From Nemertoderma westbladi (Eukaryota; Animalia; Xenacoelomorpha): a stretch of 51,080 bases of DNA. Every line of letters begins with the position of its first letter. Within the stretch, counting starts at the first letter, position 1. The stretch is taken from contig JAUCBJ010003254.1 in the NCBI GenBank assembly GCA_032718475.1, positions 1-51,080 of the forward strand. The letters are read 5' to 3'. A program made the translations under genes and the position numbers. This document shows, in pieces, positions 33,167-45,622 of this stretch. The notes under the pieces were generated by a model that saw nothing but the letters and a program-made list of their open reading frames with translations, was not told the origin of the DNA and did no database searches.

Positions 33167-36100
33167 CTGGAGACGGTGACTCGGTCCCTTCAGTGTCTGG
33201 AGTCGGTGAGTCGGTCCCTTCAGTGTCTGGAGTCGGTTCCTTCAGTAGCTCGGGTTGGTGAGTCGGCTTCTCAAGTTTCTGGGGTTGGTGAGTCGGTCCC
33301 TTCAGTTTCTGGAGTCGGTGACTCAGTCCCTTCAGGGTCTGGAGCCGCTGACTCGGTCCCTTCAGTGTCTGGAGTCGTTGAGTCGGTCCCTTCAGTGTCT
33401 GGAGTCGGGGAGTCGGTTCCTTCAATGACTGGGGTTGGTGAGTCGGCTCCTCAAGTGTCTGTGGTTGGCGAGTCGGTCCGTTCAGGGTCTGGAGTCGGTG
33501 AGTCTGTTCCTTCGGTGTCTGGAGACGGTGAGTCGGTCCCTTCAGTGGCTGGAGTCGGTGAGTCAGTTCCTTCAGTGTCTGGAGCCGCTGACTCGGTCCC
33601 TTCAGTGTCTGGAGTCGTTGAGTCGGTCCCTTCAGTGTCTGGAGTCGGGGAGTCGGTTCCTTCAGTGACTGGGGTTGGTGAGTCGGCTCCTCAAGTGTCT
33701 GTGGTTGGCGAGTCGGTCCGTTCAGGGTCTGGAGTCGGTGAGTATGTTCCTTCGGTGTCTGGAGACGGTGAGTCGGTCGCTTCAGTGTCTGGAGTCGGTG
33801 AGTCAGTCCCTTCAGTGTCTGGTGCCGCTAACTCGGTCCCTTCAGTGTCTGGAGTCGGGGAGTCGGTCCCTTCAGTGTCTGGTGTCGGGGAGTCGGTTCC
33901 TTCAGTGACTGGTGTTGGTGAGTCGGCTCTTCAAGTGTCTAGGGTCGGTGAGTGGGTCCCTTCAGTGTCTGGAGCCGCTGACTCGGTCCCTTCAGTGTCT
34001 GGAGTCGTTGAGTCGGTCCCTTCAGTGTCTGGAGTCGGGGAGTCGGTTCCTTAAGTGACTGGGGTTGTTGAGTCGGTTCCTTAAGTGTCTAGGGTCGGTG
34101 AGTCGGTCCCTTCAGTGTCTGGAGCCGGTGACTCGGTCCCTTCAGTGTCTGGAGTCTGTGAGTCGGTCCCTTCAGTGTCTGGAGTCGGTTCCTTCAGTAG
34201 CTGGGGTTGGTGAGTCGGCTTCTCAAGTTTCTGGGGTTGGTGAGTCGGTCCCTTCAGTTTCTGGAATCGGTGAGTCAGTCCCTTCAGTGTTTGGAGTCGG
34301 GGAGTCGGTTCCTTCAGTGACTGGAGTTGGTGAGTCGGCTCCTCAAGTGTCTAGGGTCGGTGAGTCGGTCCCTTCAGTGTCTGGAGCCGCTGACTCGGTC
34401 CCTTCAGTGTCTGGAGTCGGTCCATTCAGTGTCTGGAGTCGGGGAGTCGGTCCCTTCAGTGTTTGGAGTCGGTGAGTCAGTACCTTCAGTGTCTGGAGCC
34501 GCTGACTCGGTCCCTTCAGTGTCTGGAATCGGTGAGTCGGTCCATTCAGTGTCTGGAGTCGGGGAGTCGGTTCCTTCAGTGACTGGAGTTGGTGAGTCGG
34601 CTCCTCAAGTGTCTAGGGTCGGTGAGTGGGTCCCTTCAGTGTCTGGAGCCGCAGACTCGGTCCCTTCAGTGTCTGGAGTCGTTGAGTCGGTCCCTTCAGT
34701 GTCTGGAGTCGGTTCCTTAAGTGACTGGGGTTGGTGAGTCGGCTCCTTAAGTGTCTAGGGTCGGTGAGTCGGTCCCTTTAGTGTCTGGAGCCGGTCACTC
34801 GGTCCCTTCAGTGTCTGGAGTCGGTGAGTCGGTCCCTTCAGTGTCTAGAGTCGGTTCCTTCAGTAGCTCGGGTTGGTGAGTCGGCTTCTCAAGTTTCTGG
34901 GGTTGGTGAGTCGGTCCCTTCAGTTTCTGGAGTCGTTGAGTCAGTTCCTTCAGTGTCTGGAGTCGGTTCCTTCAGTGACTGGAGTTGGTGAGTCGGCTCC
35001 TCAAGTGTCTAGGGTCGATGAGTCGGTCCCTTCAGTGTCTGGAGCCGCTGACTCGGTCCCTTCAGTGTCTGGAGTCGTTGAGTCGGTCCCTTCAGTGTCT
35101 GGAGTCGGGGAGCCGGTTCCTTCAGTGACTGGGGTTGGTGAGTCGTCTCCGTAAGTGTCTAGGGTCGGAGAGTCGGTCCCTTCAGTGTCTGGAGCCGGTG
35201 ACTCGGTCCCTTCAGTGTCTGGAGTCGGTGAATCGGTCCCTTCAGTGTCTGGAGTCGGTTAGTCGGTTCCTTCAGTAGCTGGGGTTGGTGAGTCGGCTTC
35301 TCAAGTTTCTGGGGTTGGAGAGTCGGTCCCTTCAGTGTCTGGAGCCGGTGACTCGGTCCCTTCAGTGTCTGGAGTCGGTGAGTCGGTCCCTTCAGTGTCT
35401 GGAGTCGGTGAGTCCGTTCCTTCAGTAGCTGGGGTTGGTGAGTCGGCTTCTCAAGTTTCTGGGGTTGGTGAGTCGGTCCCTTTAGTTTCTGGAGGCGGTT
35501 AGTCAGTCCCTTCATTGTCTGGAGCCGCTGACTCGGTCCCTTCAGTGTCTGGAGTCGTTGAGTCGGTCCTTTCAGTGTCTGGAGTCGGGGAGTCGGTTCC
35601 TTCAGTGACTGGGGTTGGTGAGTCGGCTCCTCAAGTGTCTGTGGTTGGCGAGTCGGTCCGTTCAGGGTCTGGAGTCGGTGAGTCTGTTCCTTCCGTGTCT
35701 GGAGACGGTGAGTCGGTCCCTTCAGTGTCTGGAGTCGGTGAGTCAGTACCTTCAGTGTCTGGAGCAGCTGACTCGGTCCCTTCAGTGTCTGGAGTCGGTG
35801 AGTCGGTCCATTCAGTGTCTGGAGTCGGGGAGTCGGTCCCTTCAGTGTCTGGAGTCGGTGAGTCAGTACCTTCAGTGTCTGGAGCCGCTGACTCGGTCCC
35901 TTCAGTGTCTGGAGTCGGTGAGTCGGTCCATTCAGTGTCTGGAGTCGGGGAGTCGGTTCCTTCAGTGACTGGAGTTGGTGAGTCGGCTCCTCAAGTGTCT
36001 AGGGTCGGTGAGTGGGTCCCTTCAGTGTCTGGAGCCGCAGTCTCGGTCCCTTCAGTGTCTGGAGTCGTTGAGTCGGTCCCTTCAGTGTCTGGAGTCGGGG

Positions 36101-39100
36101 AGACGGTTCCTTAAGTGACTGGGGTTGGTGAGTCGGCTCCTTAAGTGTCTAGGGTCGGTGAGTCGGTCCCTTTAGTGTCTGGAGCCGGTGACTCGGTCCC
36201 TTCAGTGTCTGGAGTCGGTGAGTCGGTCCCTTCAGTGTCTGGAGTCGGTTCCTTCAGTAGCTCGGGTTGGTGAGTCGGCTTCTCAAGTTTCTGGGGTTGG
36301 TGAGTCGGTCCCTTCAGTTTCTGGAGTCGGTGACTCAGTCCCTTCAGTGTCTGGAGCCGCTGACTCGGTCCCTTCAGTGTCTGGAGTCGTTGAGTCGGTC
36401 CCTTCAGTGTCTGGAGTCGGGGAGTCGGTTCCTTCAATGACTGGGGTTGGTGAGTCGGCTCCTCAAGTGTCTGTGGTTGGCGAGTTGGTCCGTTCAGGGT
36501 CTGGAGTCGGTGAGTCTGTTCCTTCGGTGTCTGGAGACGGTGAGTCGGTCCCTTCAGTGGCTGGAGTCGGTGAGTCAGTTCCTTCAGTGTCTGGAGCCGC
36601 TGACTCGGTCCCTTCAGTGTCTGGAGTCGTTGAGTCGGTCCCTTCAGTGTCTGGAGTCGGGGAGTCGGTTCCTTCAGTGACTGGGGTTGGTGAGTCGGCT
36701 CCTCAAGTGTCTGTGGTTGGCGAGTCGGTCCGTTCAGGGTCTGGAGTCGGTGAGTATGTTCCTTCGGTGTCTGGAGACGGTGAGTCGGTCGCTTCAGTGT
36801 CTGGAGTCGGTGAGTCAGTCCCTTCAGTGTCTGGAGCCGCTAACTCGGTCCCTTCAGTGTCTGGAGTCGGGGAGTCGGTCCCTTCAGTGTCTGGTGTCGG
36901 GGAGTCGGTTCCTTCAGTGACTGGAGTTGGTGAGTCGGCTCTTCAAGTGTCTAGGGTCGGTGAGTGGGTCCCTTCAGTGTCTGGAGCCGCTGACTCGGTC
37001 CCTTCAGTGTCTGGAGTCGTTGAGTCGGTCCCTTCAGTGTCTGGAGTCGGGGAGTCGGTTCCTTAAGTGACTGGGGTTGTTGAGTCGGTTCCTTAAGTGT
37101 CTAGGGTCGGTGAGTCGGTCCCTTCAGTGTCTGGAGCCGGTGACTCGGTCCCTTCAGTGTCTGGAGTCGGTGAGTCGGTCCCTTCAGTGTCTGGAGTCGG
37201 TTCCTTCAGTAGCTGGGGTGGGTGAGTCGGCTTCTCAAGTTTCTGGGGTTGGTGAGTCGGTCCCTTCAGTTTCTGGAATCGGTGAGTCAGTCCCTTCAGT
37301 GTCTGGAGTCGGGGAGTCGGTTCCTTCAGTGACTGGAGTTGGTGAGTCGGCTCCTCAAGTGTCTAGGGTCGGTGAGTCGGTCCCTTCAGTGTCTGGAGCC
37401 GCTGACTCGGTCCCTTCAGTGTCTGGAGTCGGTCCATTCAGTGTCTGGAGTCGGTCCCTTCAGTGTTTGGAGTCGGTGAGTCAGTACCTTCAGTGTCTGG
37501 AGCCGCTGACTCGGTCCCTTCAGTGTCTGGAGTCGGTGAGTCGGCTCCTCAAGTGTCTAGGGTCGGTGAGTGGGTCCCTTCAGTGTCTGGAGCCGCAGAC
37601 TCGGTCCCTTCAGTGTCTGGAGTCGTTGAGTCGGTCCCTTCAGTGTCTGGAGTCGGTTCCTTAAGTGACTGGGGTTGGTGAGTCGGCTCCTTAAGTGTCT
37701 AGGGTCGGTGAGTCGGTCCCTTTAGTGTCTGGAGCCGGTCACTCGGTCCCTTCAGTGTCTGGAGTCGGTGAGTCGGTCCCTTCAGTGTCTAGAGTCGGTT
37801 CCTTCAGTAGCTCGGGTTGGTGAGTCGGCTTCTCAAGTTTCTGGGGTTGGTGAGTCGGTCCCTTCAGTTTCTGGAGTCGGTGAGTCAGTTCCTTCAGTGT
37901 CTGGAGTCGGTTCCTTCAGTGACTGGAGTTGGTGAGTCGGCTCCTCAAGTGTCTAGGGTCGATGAGTCGGTCCCTTCAGTGTCTGGAGCCGCTGACTCGG
38001 TCCCTTCAGTGTCTGGAGTCGTTGAGTCGGTCCCTTCAGTGTCTGGAGTCGGGGAGCCGGTTCCTTCAGTGACTGGGGTTGGTGAGTCGTCTCCGTAAGT
38101 GTCTAGGGTCGGAGAGTCGGTCCCTTCAGTGTCTGGAGCCGGTGACTCGGTCCCTTCAGTGTCTGGAGTCGGTGAATCGGTCCCTTCAGTGTCTGGAGTC
38201 GGTTAGTCGGTTCCTTCAGTAGCTGGGGTTGGTGAGTCGGCTTCTCAAGTTTCTGGGGTTGGAGAGTCGGTCCCTTCAGTGTCTGGAGCCGGTGACTCGG
38301 TCCCTTCAGTGTCTGGAGTCGGTGAGTCGGTCCCTTCAGTGTCTGGAGTCGGTGAGTCCGTTCCTTCAGTAGCTGGGGTTGGTGAGTCGGCTTCTCAAGT
38401 TTCTGGGGTTGGTGAGTCGGTCCCTTTAGTTTCTGGAGGCGGTTAGTCAGTCCCTTCATTGTCTGGAGCCGCTGACTCGGTCCCTTCAGTGTCTGGAGTC
38501 GTTGAGTCGGTCCTTTCAGTGTCTGGAGTCGGGGAGTCGGTTCCTTCAGTGACTGGGGTTGGTGAGTCGGCTCCTCAAGTGTCTGTGGTTGGCGAGTCGG
38601 TCCGTTCAGGGTCTGGAGTCGGTGAGTCTGTTCCTTCCGTGTCTGGAGACGGTGAGTCGGTCCCTTCAGTGTCTGGAGTCGGTGAGTCAGTACCTTCAGT
38701 GTCTGGAGCAGCTGACTCGGTCCCTTCAGTGTCTGGAGTCGGTGAGTCGGTCCATTCAGTGTCTGGAGTCGGGGAGTCGGTCCCTTCAGTGTCTGGAGTC
38801 GGTGAGTCAGTACCTTCAGTGTCTGGAGCCGCTGACTCGGTCCCTTCAGTGTCTGGAGTCGGTGAGTCGGTCCATTCAGTGTCTGGAGTCGGGGAGTCGG
38901 TTCCTTCAGTGACTGGAGTTGGTGAGTCGGCTCCTCAAGTGTCTAGGGTCGGTGAGTGGGTCCCTTCAGTGTCTGGAGCCGCAGTCTCGGTCCCTTCAGT
39001 GTCTGGAGTCGTTGAGTCGGTCCCTTCAGTGTCTGGAGTCGGGGAGACGGTTCCTTAAGTGACTGGGGTTGGTGAGTCGGCTCCTTAAGTGTCTAGGGTC

Positions 39101-42100
39101 GGTGAGTCGGTCCCTTTAGTGTCTGGAGCCGGTGACTCGGTCCCTTCAGTGTCTGGAGTCGGTGAGTCGGTCCCTTCAGTGTCTGGAGTCGGTTCCTTCA
39201 GTAGCTCGGGTTGGTGAGTCGGCTTCTCAAGTTTCTGGGGTTGGTGAGTCGGTCCCTTCAGTTTCTGGAGTCGGTGACTCAGTCCCTTCAGTGTCTGGAG
39301 CCGCTGACTCGGTCCCTTCAGTGTCTGGAGTCGTTGAGTCGGTCCCTTCAGTGTCTGGAGTCGGGGAGTCGGTTCCTTCAATGACTGGGGTTGGTGAGTC
39401 GGCTCCTCAAGTGTCTGTGGTTGGCGAGTCGGTCCGTTCAGGGTCTGGAGTCGGTGAGTCTGTTCCTTCGGTGTCTGGAGACGGTGAGTCGGTCCCTTCA
39501 GTGGCTGGAGTCGGTGAGTCAGTTCCTTCAGTGTCTGGAGCCGCTGACTCGGTCCCTTCAGTGTCTGGAGTCGTTGAGTCGGTCCCTTCAGTGTCTGGAG
39601 TCGGGGAGTCGGTTCCTTCAGTGACTGGGGTTGGTGAGTCGGCTCCTCAAGTGTCTGTGGTTGGCGAGTCGGTCCGTTCAGGGTCTGGAGTCGGTGAGTA
39701 TGTTCCTTCGGTGTCTGGAGACGGTGAGTCGGTCGCTTCAGTGTCTGGAGTCGGTGAGTCAGTCCCTTCAGTGTCTGGAGCCGCTAACTCGGTCCCTTCA
39801 GTGTCTGGAGTCGGGGAGTCGGTCCCTTCAGTGTCTGGTGTCGGGGAGTCGGTTCCTTCAGTGACTGGAGTTGGTGAGTCGGCTCTTCAAGTGTCTAGGG
39901 TCGGTGAGTGGGTCCCTTCAGTGTCTGGAGCCGCTGACTCGGTCCCTTCAGTGTCTGGAGTCGTTGAGTCGGTCCCTTCAGTGTCTGGAGTCGGGGAGTC
40001 GGTTCCTTAAGTGACTGGGGTTGTTGAGTCGGTTCCTTAAGTGTCTAGGGTCGGTGAGTCGGTCCCTTCAGTGTCTGGAGCCGGTGACTCGGTCCCTTCA
40101 GTGTCTGGAGTCGGTGAGTCGGTCCCTTCAGTGTCTGGAGTCGGTTCCTTCAGTAGCTGGGGTGGGTGAGTCGGCTTCTCAAGTTTCTGGGGTTGGTGAG
40201 TCGGTCCCTTCAGTTTCTGGAATCGGTGAGTCAGTCCCTTCAGTGTCTGGAGTCGGGGAGTCGGTTCCTTCAGTGACTGGAGTTGGTGAGTCGGCTCCTC
40301 AAGTGTCTAGGGTCGGTGAGTCGGTCCCTTCAGTGTCTGGAGCCGCTGACTCGGTCCCTTCAGTGTCTGGAGTCGGTCCATTCAGTGTCTGGAGTCGGGG
40401 AGTCGGTCCCTTCAGTGTTTGGAGTCGGTGAGTCAGTACCTTCAGTGTCTGGAGCCGCTGACTCGGTCCCTTCAGTGTCTGGAGTCGGTGAGTCGGTCCA
40501 TTCAGTGTCTGGAGTCGGGGAGTTGGTTCCTTCAGTGACTGGAGTTGGTGAGTCGGCTCCTCAAGTGTCTGAAGTCGGTGAGTCAGTACCTTCAGTGTCT
40601 GGAGCAGCTGACTCGGTCCCTTCAGTGTCTGGAGTCGGTCCATTCAGTGTCTGGAGTCGGGGAGTCGGTCCCTTCAGTGTCTGGAGTCGGTGAGTCAGTA
40701 CCTTCAGTGTCTGGAGCCGCTGACTCGGTCCCTTCAGTGTCTGGAATCGGTGAGTCGGTCCATTCAGTGTCTGGAGTCGGGGAGTCGGTTCCTTCAGTGA
40801 CTGGAGTTGGTGAGTCGGCTCCTCAAGTGTCTAGGGTCGGTGAGTGGGTCCCTTCAGTGTCTGGAGCCGCAGACTCGGTCCCTTCAGTGTCTGGAGTCGT
40901 TGAGTCGGTCCCTTCAGTGTCTGGAGTCGGTTCCTTAAGTGACTGGGGTTGGTGAGTCGGCTCCTTAAGTGTCTAGGGTCGGTGAGTCGGTCCCTTTAGT
41001 GTCTGGAGCCGGTCACTCGGTCCCTTCAGTGTCTGGAGTCGGTGAGTCGGTCCCTTCAGTGTCTAGAGTCGGTTCCTTCAGTAGCTCGGGTTGGTGAGTC
41101 GGCTTCTCAAGTTTCTGGGGTTGGTGAGTCGGTCCCTTCAGTTTCTGGAGTCGGTGAGTCAGTTCCTTCAGTGTCTGGAGTCGGTTCCTTCAGTGACTGG
41201 AGTTGGTGAGTCGGCTCCTCAAGTGTCTAGGGTCGGTGAGTCGGTCCCTTCAGTGTCTGGAGCCGCTGACTCGGTCCCTTCAGTGTCTGGAGTCGTTGAG
41301 TCGGTCCCTTCAGTGTCTGGAGTCGGGGAGCCGGTTCCTTCAGTGACTGGGGTTGGTGAGTCGTCTCCGTAAGTGTCTAGGGTCGGAGAGTCGGTCCCTT
41401 CAGTGTCTGGAGCCGGTGACTCGGTCCCTTCAGTGTCTGGAGTCGGTGAATCGGTCCCTTCAGTGTCTGGAGTCGGTGAGTCGGTTCCTTCAGTAGCTGG
41501 GGTTGGTGAGTCGGCTTCTCAAGTTTCTGGGGTTGGAGAGTCGGTCCCTTCAGTGTCTGGAGCCGGTGACTCGGTCCCTTCAGTGTCTGGAGTCGGTGAG
41601 TCGGTCCCTTCAGTGTCTGGAGTCGGTGAGTCGGTTCCTTCAGTAGCTGGGGTTGGTGAGTCGGCTTCTCAAGTTTCTGGGGTTGGTGAGTCGGTCCCTT
41701 TAGTTTCTGGAGGCGGTTAGTCAGTCCCTTCATTGTCTGGAGCCGCTGACTCGGTCCCTTCAGTGTCTGGAGTCGTTGAGTCGGTCCTTTCAGTGTCTGG
41801 AGTCGGGGAGTCGGTTCCTTCAGTGACTGGGGTTGGTGAGTCGGCTCCTCAAGTGTCTGTGGTTGGCGAGTCGGTCCGTTCAGGGTCTGGAGTCGGTGAG
41901 TCTGTTCCTTCCGTGTCTGGAGACGGTGAGTCGGTCCCTTCAGTGTCTGGAGTCGGTGAGTCAGTACCTTCAGTGTCTGGAGCAGCTGACTCGGTCCCTT
42001 CAGTGTCTGGAGTCGGTGAGTCGGTCCATTCAGTGTCTGGAGTCGGGGAGTCGGTCCCTTCAGTGTCTGGAGTCGGTGAGTCAGTACCTTCAGTGTCTGG

Positions 42101-43188
42101 AGCCGCTGACTCGGTCCCTTCAGTGTCTGGAGTCGGTGAGTCGGTCCATTCAGTGTCTGGAGTCGGGGAGTCGGTTCCTTCAGTGACTGGAGTTGGTGAG
42201 TCGGCTCCTCAAGTGTCTAGGGTCGGTGAGTGGGTCCCTTCAGTGTCTGGAGCCGCAGTCTCGGTCCCTTCAGTGTCTGGAGTCGTTGAGTCGGTCCCTT
42301 CAGTGTCTGGAGTCGGGGAGTCGGTTCCTTAAGTGACTGGGGTTGGTGAGTCGGCTCCTTAAGTGTCTAGGGTCGGTGAGTCGGTCCCTTTAGTGTCTGG
42401 AGCCGGTGACTCGGTCCCTTCAGTGTCTGGAGTCGGTGAGTCGGTCCCTTCAGTGTCTGGAGTCGGTTCCTTCAGTAGCTCGGGTTGGTGAGTCGGCTTC
42501 TCAAGTTTCTGGGGTTGGTGAGTCGGTCCCTTCAGTTTCTGGAGTCGGTGACTCAGTCCCTTCAGTGTCTGGAGCCGCTGACTCGGTCCCTTCAGTGTCT
42601 GGAGTCGTTGAGTCGGTCCCTTCAGTGTCTGGAGTCGGGGAGTCGGTTCCTTCAATGACTGGGGTTGGTGAGTCGGCTCCTCAAGTGTCTGTGGTTGGCG
42701 AGTCGGTCCGTTCAGGGTCTGGAGTCGGTGAGTCTGTTCCTTCGGTGTCTGGAGACGGTGAGTCGGTCCCTTCAGTGGCTGGAGTCGGTGAGTCAGTTCC
42801 TTCAGTGTCTGGAGCCGCTGACTCGGTCCCTTCAGTGTCTGGAGTCGTTGAGTCGGTCCCTTCAGTGTCTGGAGTCGGGGAGTCGGTTCCTTCAGTGACT
42901 GGGGTTGGTGAGTCGGCTCCTCAAGTGTCTGTGGTTGGCGAGTCGGTCCGTTCAGGGTCTGGAGTCGGTGAGTATGTTCCTTCGGTGTCTGGAGACGGTG
43001 AGTCGGTCGCTTCAGTGTCTGGAGTCGGTGAGTCAGTCCTTCAGTGTCTGGAGCCGCTAACTCGGTCCCTTCAGTGTCTGGAGTCGGGGAGTCGGTCCCT
43101 TCAGTGTCTGGTGTCGGGGAGTCGGTTCCTTCAGTGACTGGAGTTGGTGAGTCGGCTCTTCAAGTGTCTAGGGTCGGTGAGTGGGTCC
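33157..43188. repeat. 30-bp satellite, block 2, with 240-bp and ~3-kb higher-order repeats
   Basis: Equivalent variant landmarks at 33435, 36447, 39391 and 42665 (periods 3012, 2944, 3274) and 240-bp pairs such as 33435/33675. Confidence 0.97.
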
Positions 43189-43912
43189 AATATTTAATTA
43201 TATAACTGAAGGCTGAAGCTATATCCAATTACAGCCAGCAAGCCAATCACAACCCGCCAACAAAATTGCCAGAGGAATATCACTGTATCCTACAGTTAGA
43301 ATTACTCAATGTAACGACCAATGAATAGGCTTCGTGATGCACCCAAGGGAATTATTTCCATATATACACTGGTACAGCCGGCTGATTAATACTGTCACCT
43401 AATATTAGCTACCAACATACTGGATAGCAGTTGGTTTGTATCTCATATGAACAAGATGAATCATTCAATAAGCCAATGAGAATTCGAAACAGAAAGATGA
43501 TTGGGCAATATTGCCACCAACTACAACTGGTTCATTCAGTTGAAGGTCAAGTATATACTCTCTGCTCCTCATATTAATTGTAAAATCATCAAGCTTACCT
43601 ACCGTATGCAGTAACAAACCCATTACCAACAAATATCTATAATTAATTATCACCTTTACTCCGTGACAACATACCGTTAATCTTCAAGAAACAACTACAT
43701 TGCAGCACATTTACAAACCAATATCAATTACTTATCACACCTATGCCGTTAATAAATGTCTACACCATCAATGTCGTTTAACATTTTCTATATAAAAGGG
43801 AACGCTGTATCATATTTATTCAACTCAGTTTATATTATACCTCTACCGGTCCGACCTATTTGTACTGTTAACCACGCACATATTAGGATCGTTGGGTCCT
43901 CACACCCGGACA
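43189..43912 (+). pseudogene. Paralogous copy of the SGNH upstream region and first ~26 codons (truncated; ATG changed to ATA)
   Basis: 43189-43364 is near-identical to 27595-27770; ~43687-43912 is a diverged match to ~27814-28105; IPLPVRPICTVNHAH-IRIVGSSHPD vs MPLPVQAICTVNHVHDIIIVGSSHPD. Confidence 0.85.
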
Positions 43913-44077
43913 ATTTTTTTTGTTTGGGGTTATTTTTTATGATTTGGTTTGTGATTTGGTGTGTGATTTGGTTTGTGATTTTGATGTTTGGTGTGATTTG
44001 TTGTGCTTAATAGTATAATTAATTCTGTAATTGCTATTACTGTAATCCTAATACTAATCTTATACCTGGCTCAAATC

Positions 44078-44299
44078 AATTTGGTGCACAACACTTGACT
44101 GCCCGATTTTTTTTGGTTATAGAGCATAGAGTGACTACTAACTGTCTGACCATATGGGTTCACTCAAATGTAAAAGTGATCGTTTATTGTTTTGGTAAGA
44201 AAAGCCCGCCTCTGTAACCTGCTCCTTTTCCTCCAAATGCGCAATTTAAAAAAAATTCGCTATTTAAAAAAAACAAACGCAAGTGGTGTGCACCAAATT
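44078..44299. mobile_element. 222-bp segment bounded by 20-bp inverted repeats (MITE-like)
   Basis: AATTTGGTGCACAACACTTG at 44078-44097; the reverse complement of 44280-44299 is AATTTGGTGCACACCACTTG (19/20). No clear target-site duplication. Confidence 0.55.
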
Positions 44300-44324
44300 A
44301 ATTATTAAGCATACCTAGACCATC

Positions 44325-44690
44325 ATGGACAGAATAAATATAAATTGTCCAAATGCAACAATCAATATTATGGACGGAAGACAAGGTCGTGGGCGACGGT
44401 GGGGGGGTCGAGGCCGAGGACGGGGCCGAGGACGAGACCGAGGCCCAAGATTCCAACCATATCATATCGTTCCCGCAACTTGTAAAGATGGTGCCGCAGG
44501 AGGCAGAGGAGAAGGACCACGGACGGGCGACGGAGATGCGAAGTCAAACGCACAGCCAGATGCACAGCCGGATGTACCGGTACCTGGAACACAAGAACCG
44601 GGCAGGCCACGGACGGGCGACGGAGATGCGAACTCAAAAGCACAGCCGGATGCACAGCCGGATGTACCGGTACCTAATGAGAACTCATAG
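44325..44690 (+). CDS. Small RG-rich basic/disordered protein (121 aa) with a 90-bp internal duplication
   Basis: ATCATGG start context; GRGRRWGGRGRGRGRGRDRGPRFQPY; 2 x PRTGDGDAxSxAQPDAQPDVPVP (44517 and 44607); GC-rich island in AT-rich DNA; ATTAAA at 44821. Confidence 0.5.
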   Translation: MDRININCPNATINIMDGRQGRGRRWGGRGRGRGRGRDRGPRFQPYHIVPATCKDGAAGGRGEGPRTGDGDAKSNAQPDAQPDVPVPGTQEPGRPRTGDGDANSKAQPDAQPDVPVPNENS

Positions 44691-45622
44691 TGCCTCGCGG
44701 GTAGGTGGGACCATGCGCGAACTCGGGTAGGTGGGACCGGTGGGACCAAACGCGAACTCAACTTATACGTAGGTTCCTGTTTAATTCTCATCCTGTGCTG
44801 GTTTATGATAATTTATTGTTATTAAATTTTGCGACAAATATTTCTTGTTTCTTTATTTTCTCTCAAAACTTATTTGACTAAAAAGACTAAAGCTTAGTTA
44901 AGTGTAAAACTTTTCCAAAATGCCAAAAAAGTAATCTGCCGTTTTGCCATTTTTAATTCTCAAATATCCCGACATATAATTACTCTCTTTAAAGGAAGAC
45001 ATAACATAGCTCATTAAGATAAACAATACATAGCTCATTAACACCATTTGCGAATAAAATAATTTGAAGGGCGTGGAGTATAATTTAAATAATAACCGAA
45101 ACAATATTACAGATTATCAGAATAAAACAGATTAAACTGTAGTAATGGGTGTGGCGGTCACGACGTAATAATGCACTGACGACGTAGTAATGCAGTTAGA
45201 CTGACGACGTAGTAATGCACGTTATGCGCGAAGACCCCACGAACGTTTATGCATGATGCACTGGATATATACAATAGAACGATGGGTGTACAATTGCTTC
45301 ATAAAGAAATCAAAATCAATCCACTTTGAATATGAGGTATATACACTTATTCATAGTAAATGATAGTTAACACGTGTAACTAGAGTATGCAGTTCATAGT
45401 GCAAATTTATAAACAAGACCAATGAGGAGATGACAATAGTTAGTTATTTTAACCAAAATAATAAACGAGAAATAACAGCGAAAGAAACAGTTTGATAATA
45501 CAATTTCTAGGCTGAGGTTTAATATGGTTTAGGCTGAGACTTGAGTCTATAAACTACTAAAGATATAAGCGTTACTAAAGATATACAGAGTTAATTTATA
45601 ACTTATTTATAAAAAGTTAGCG

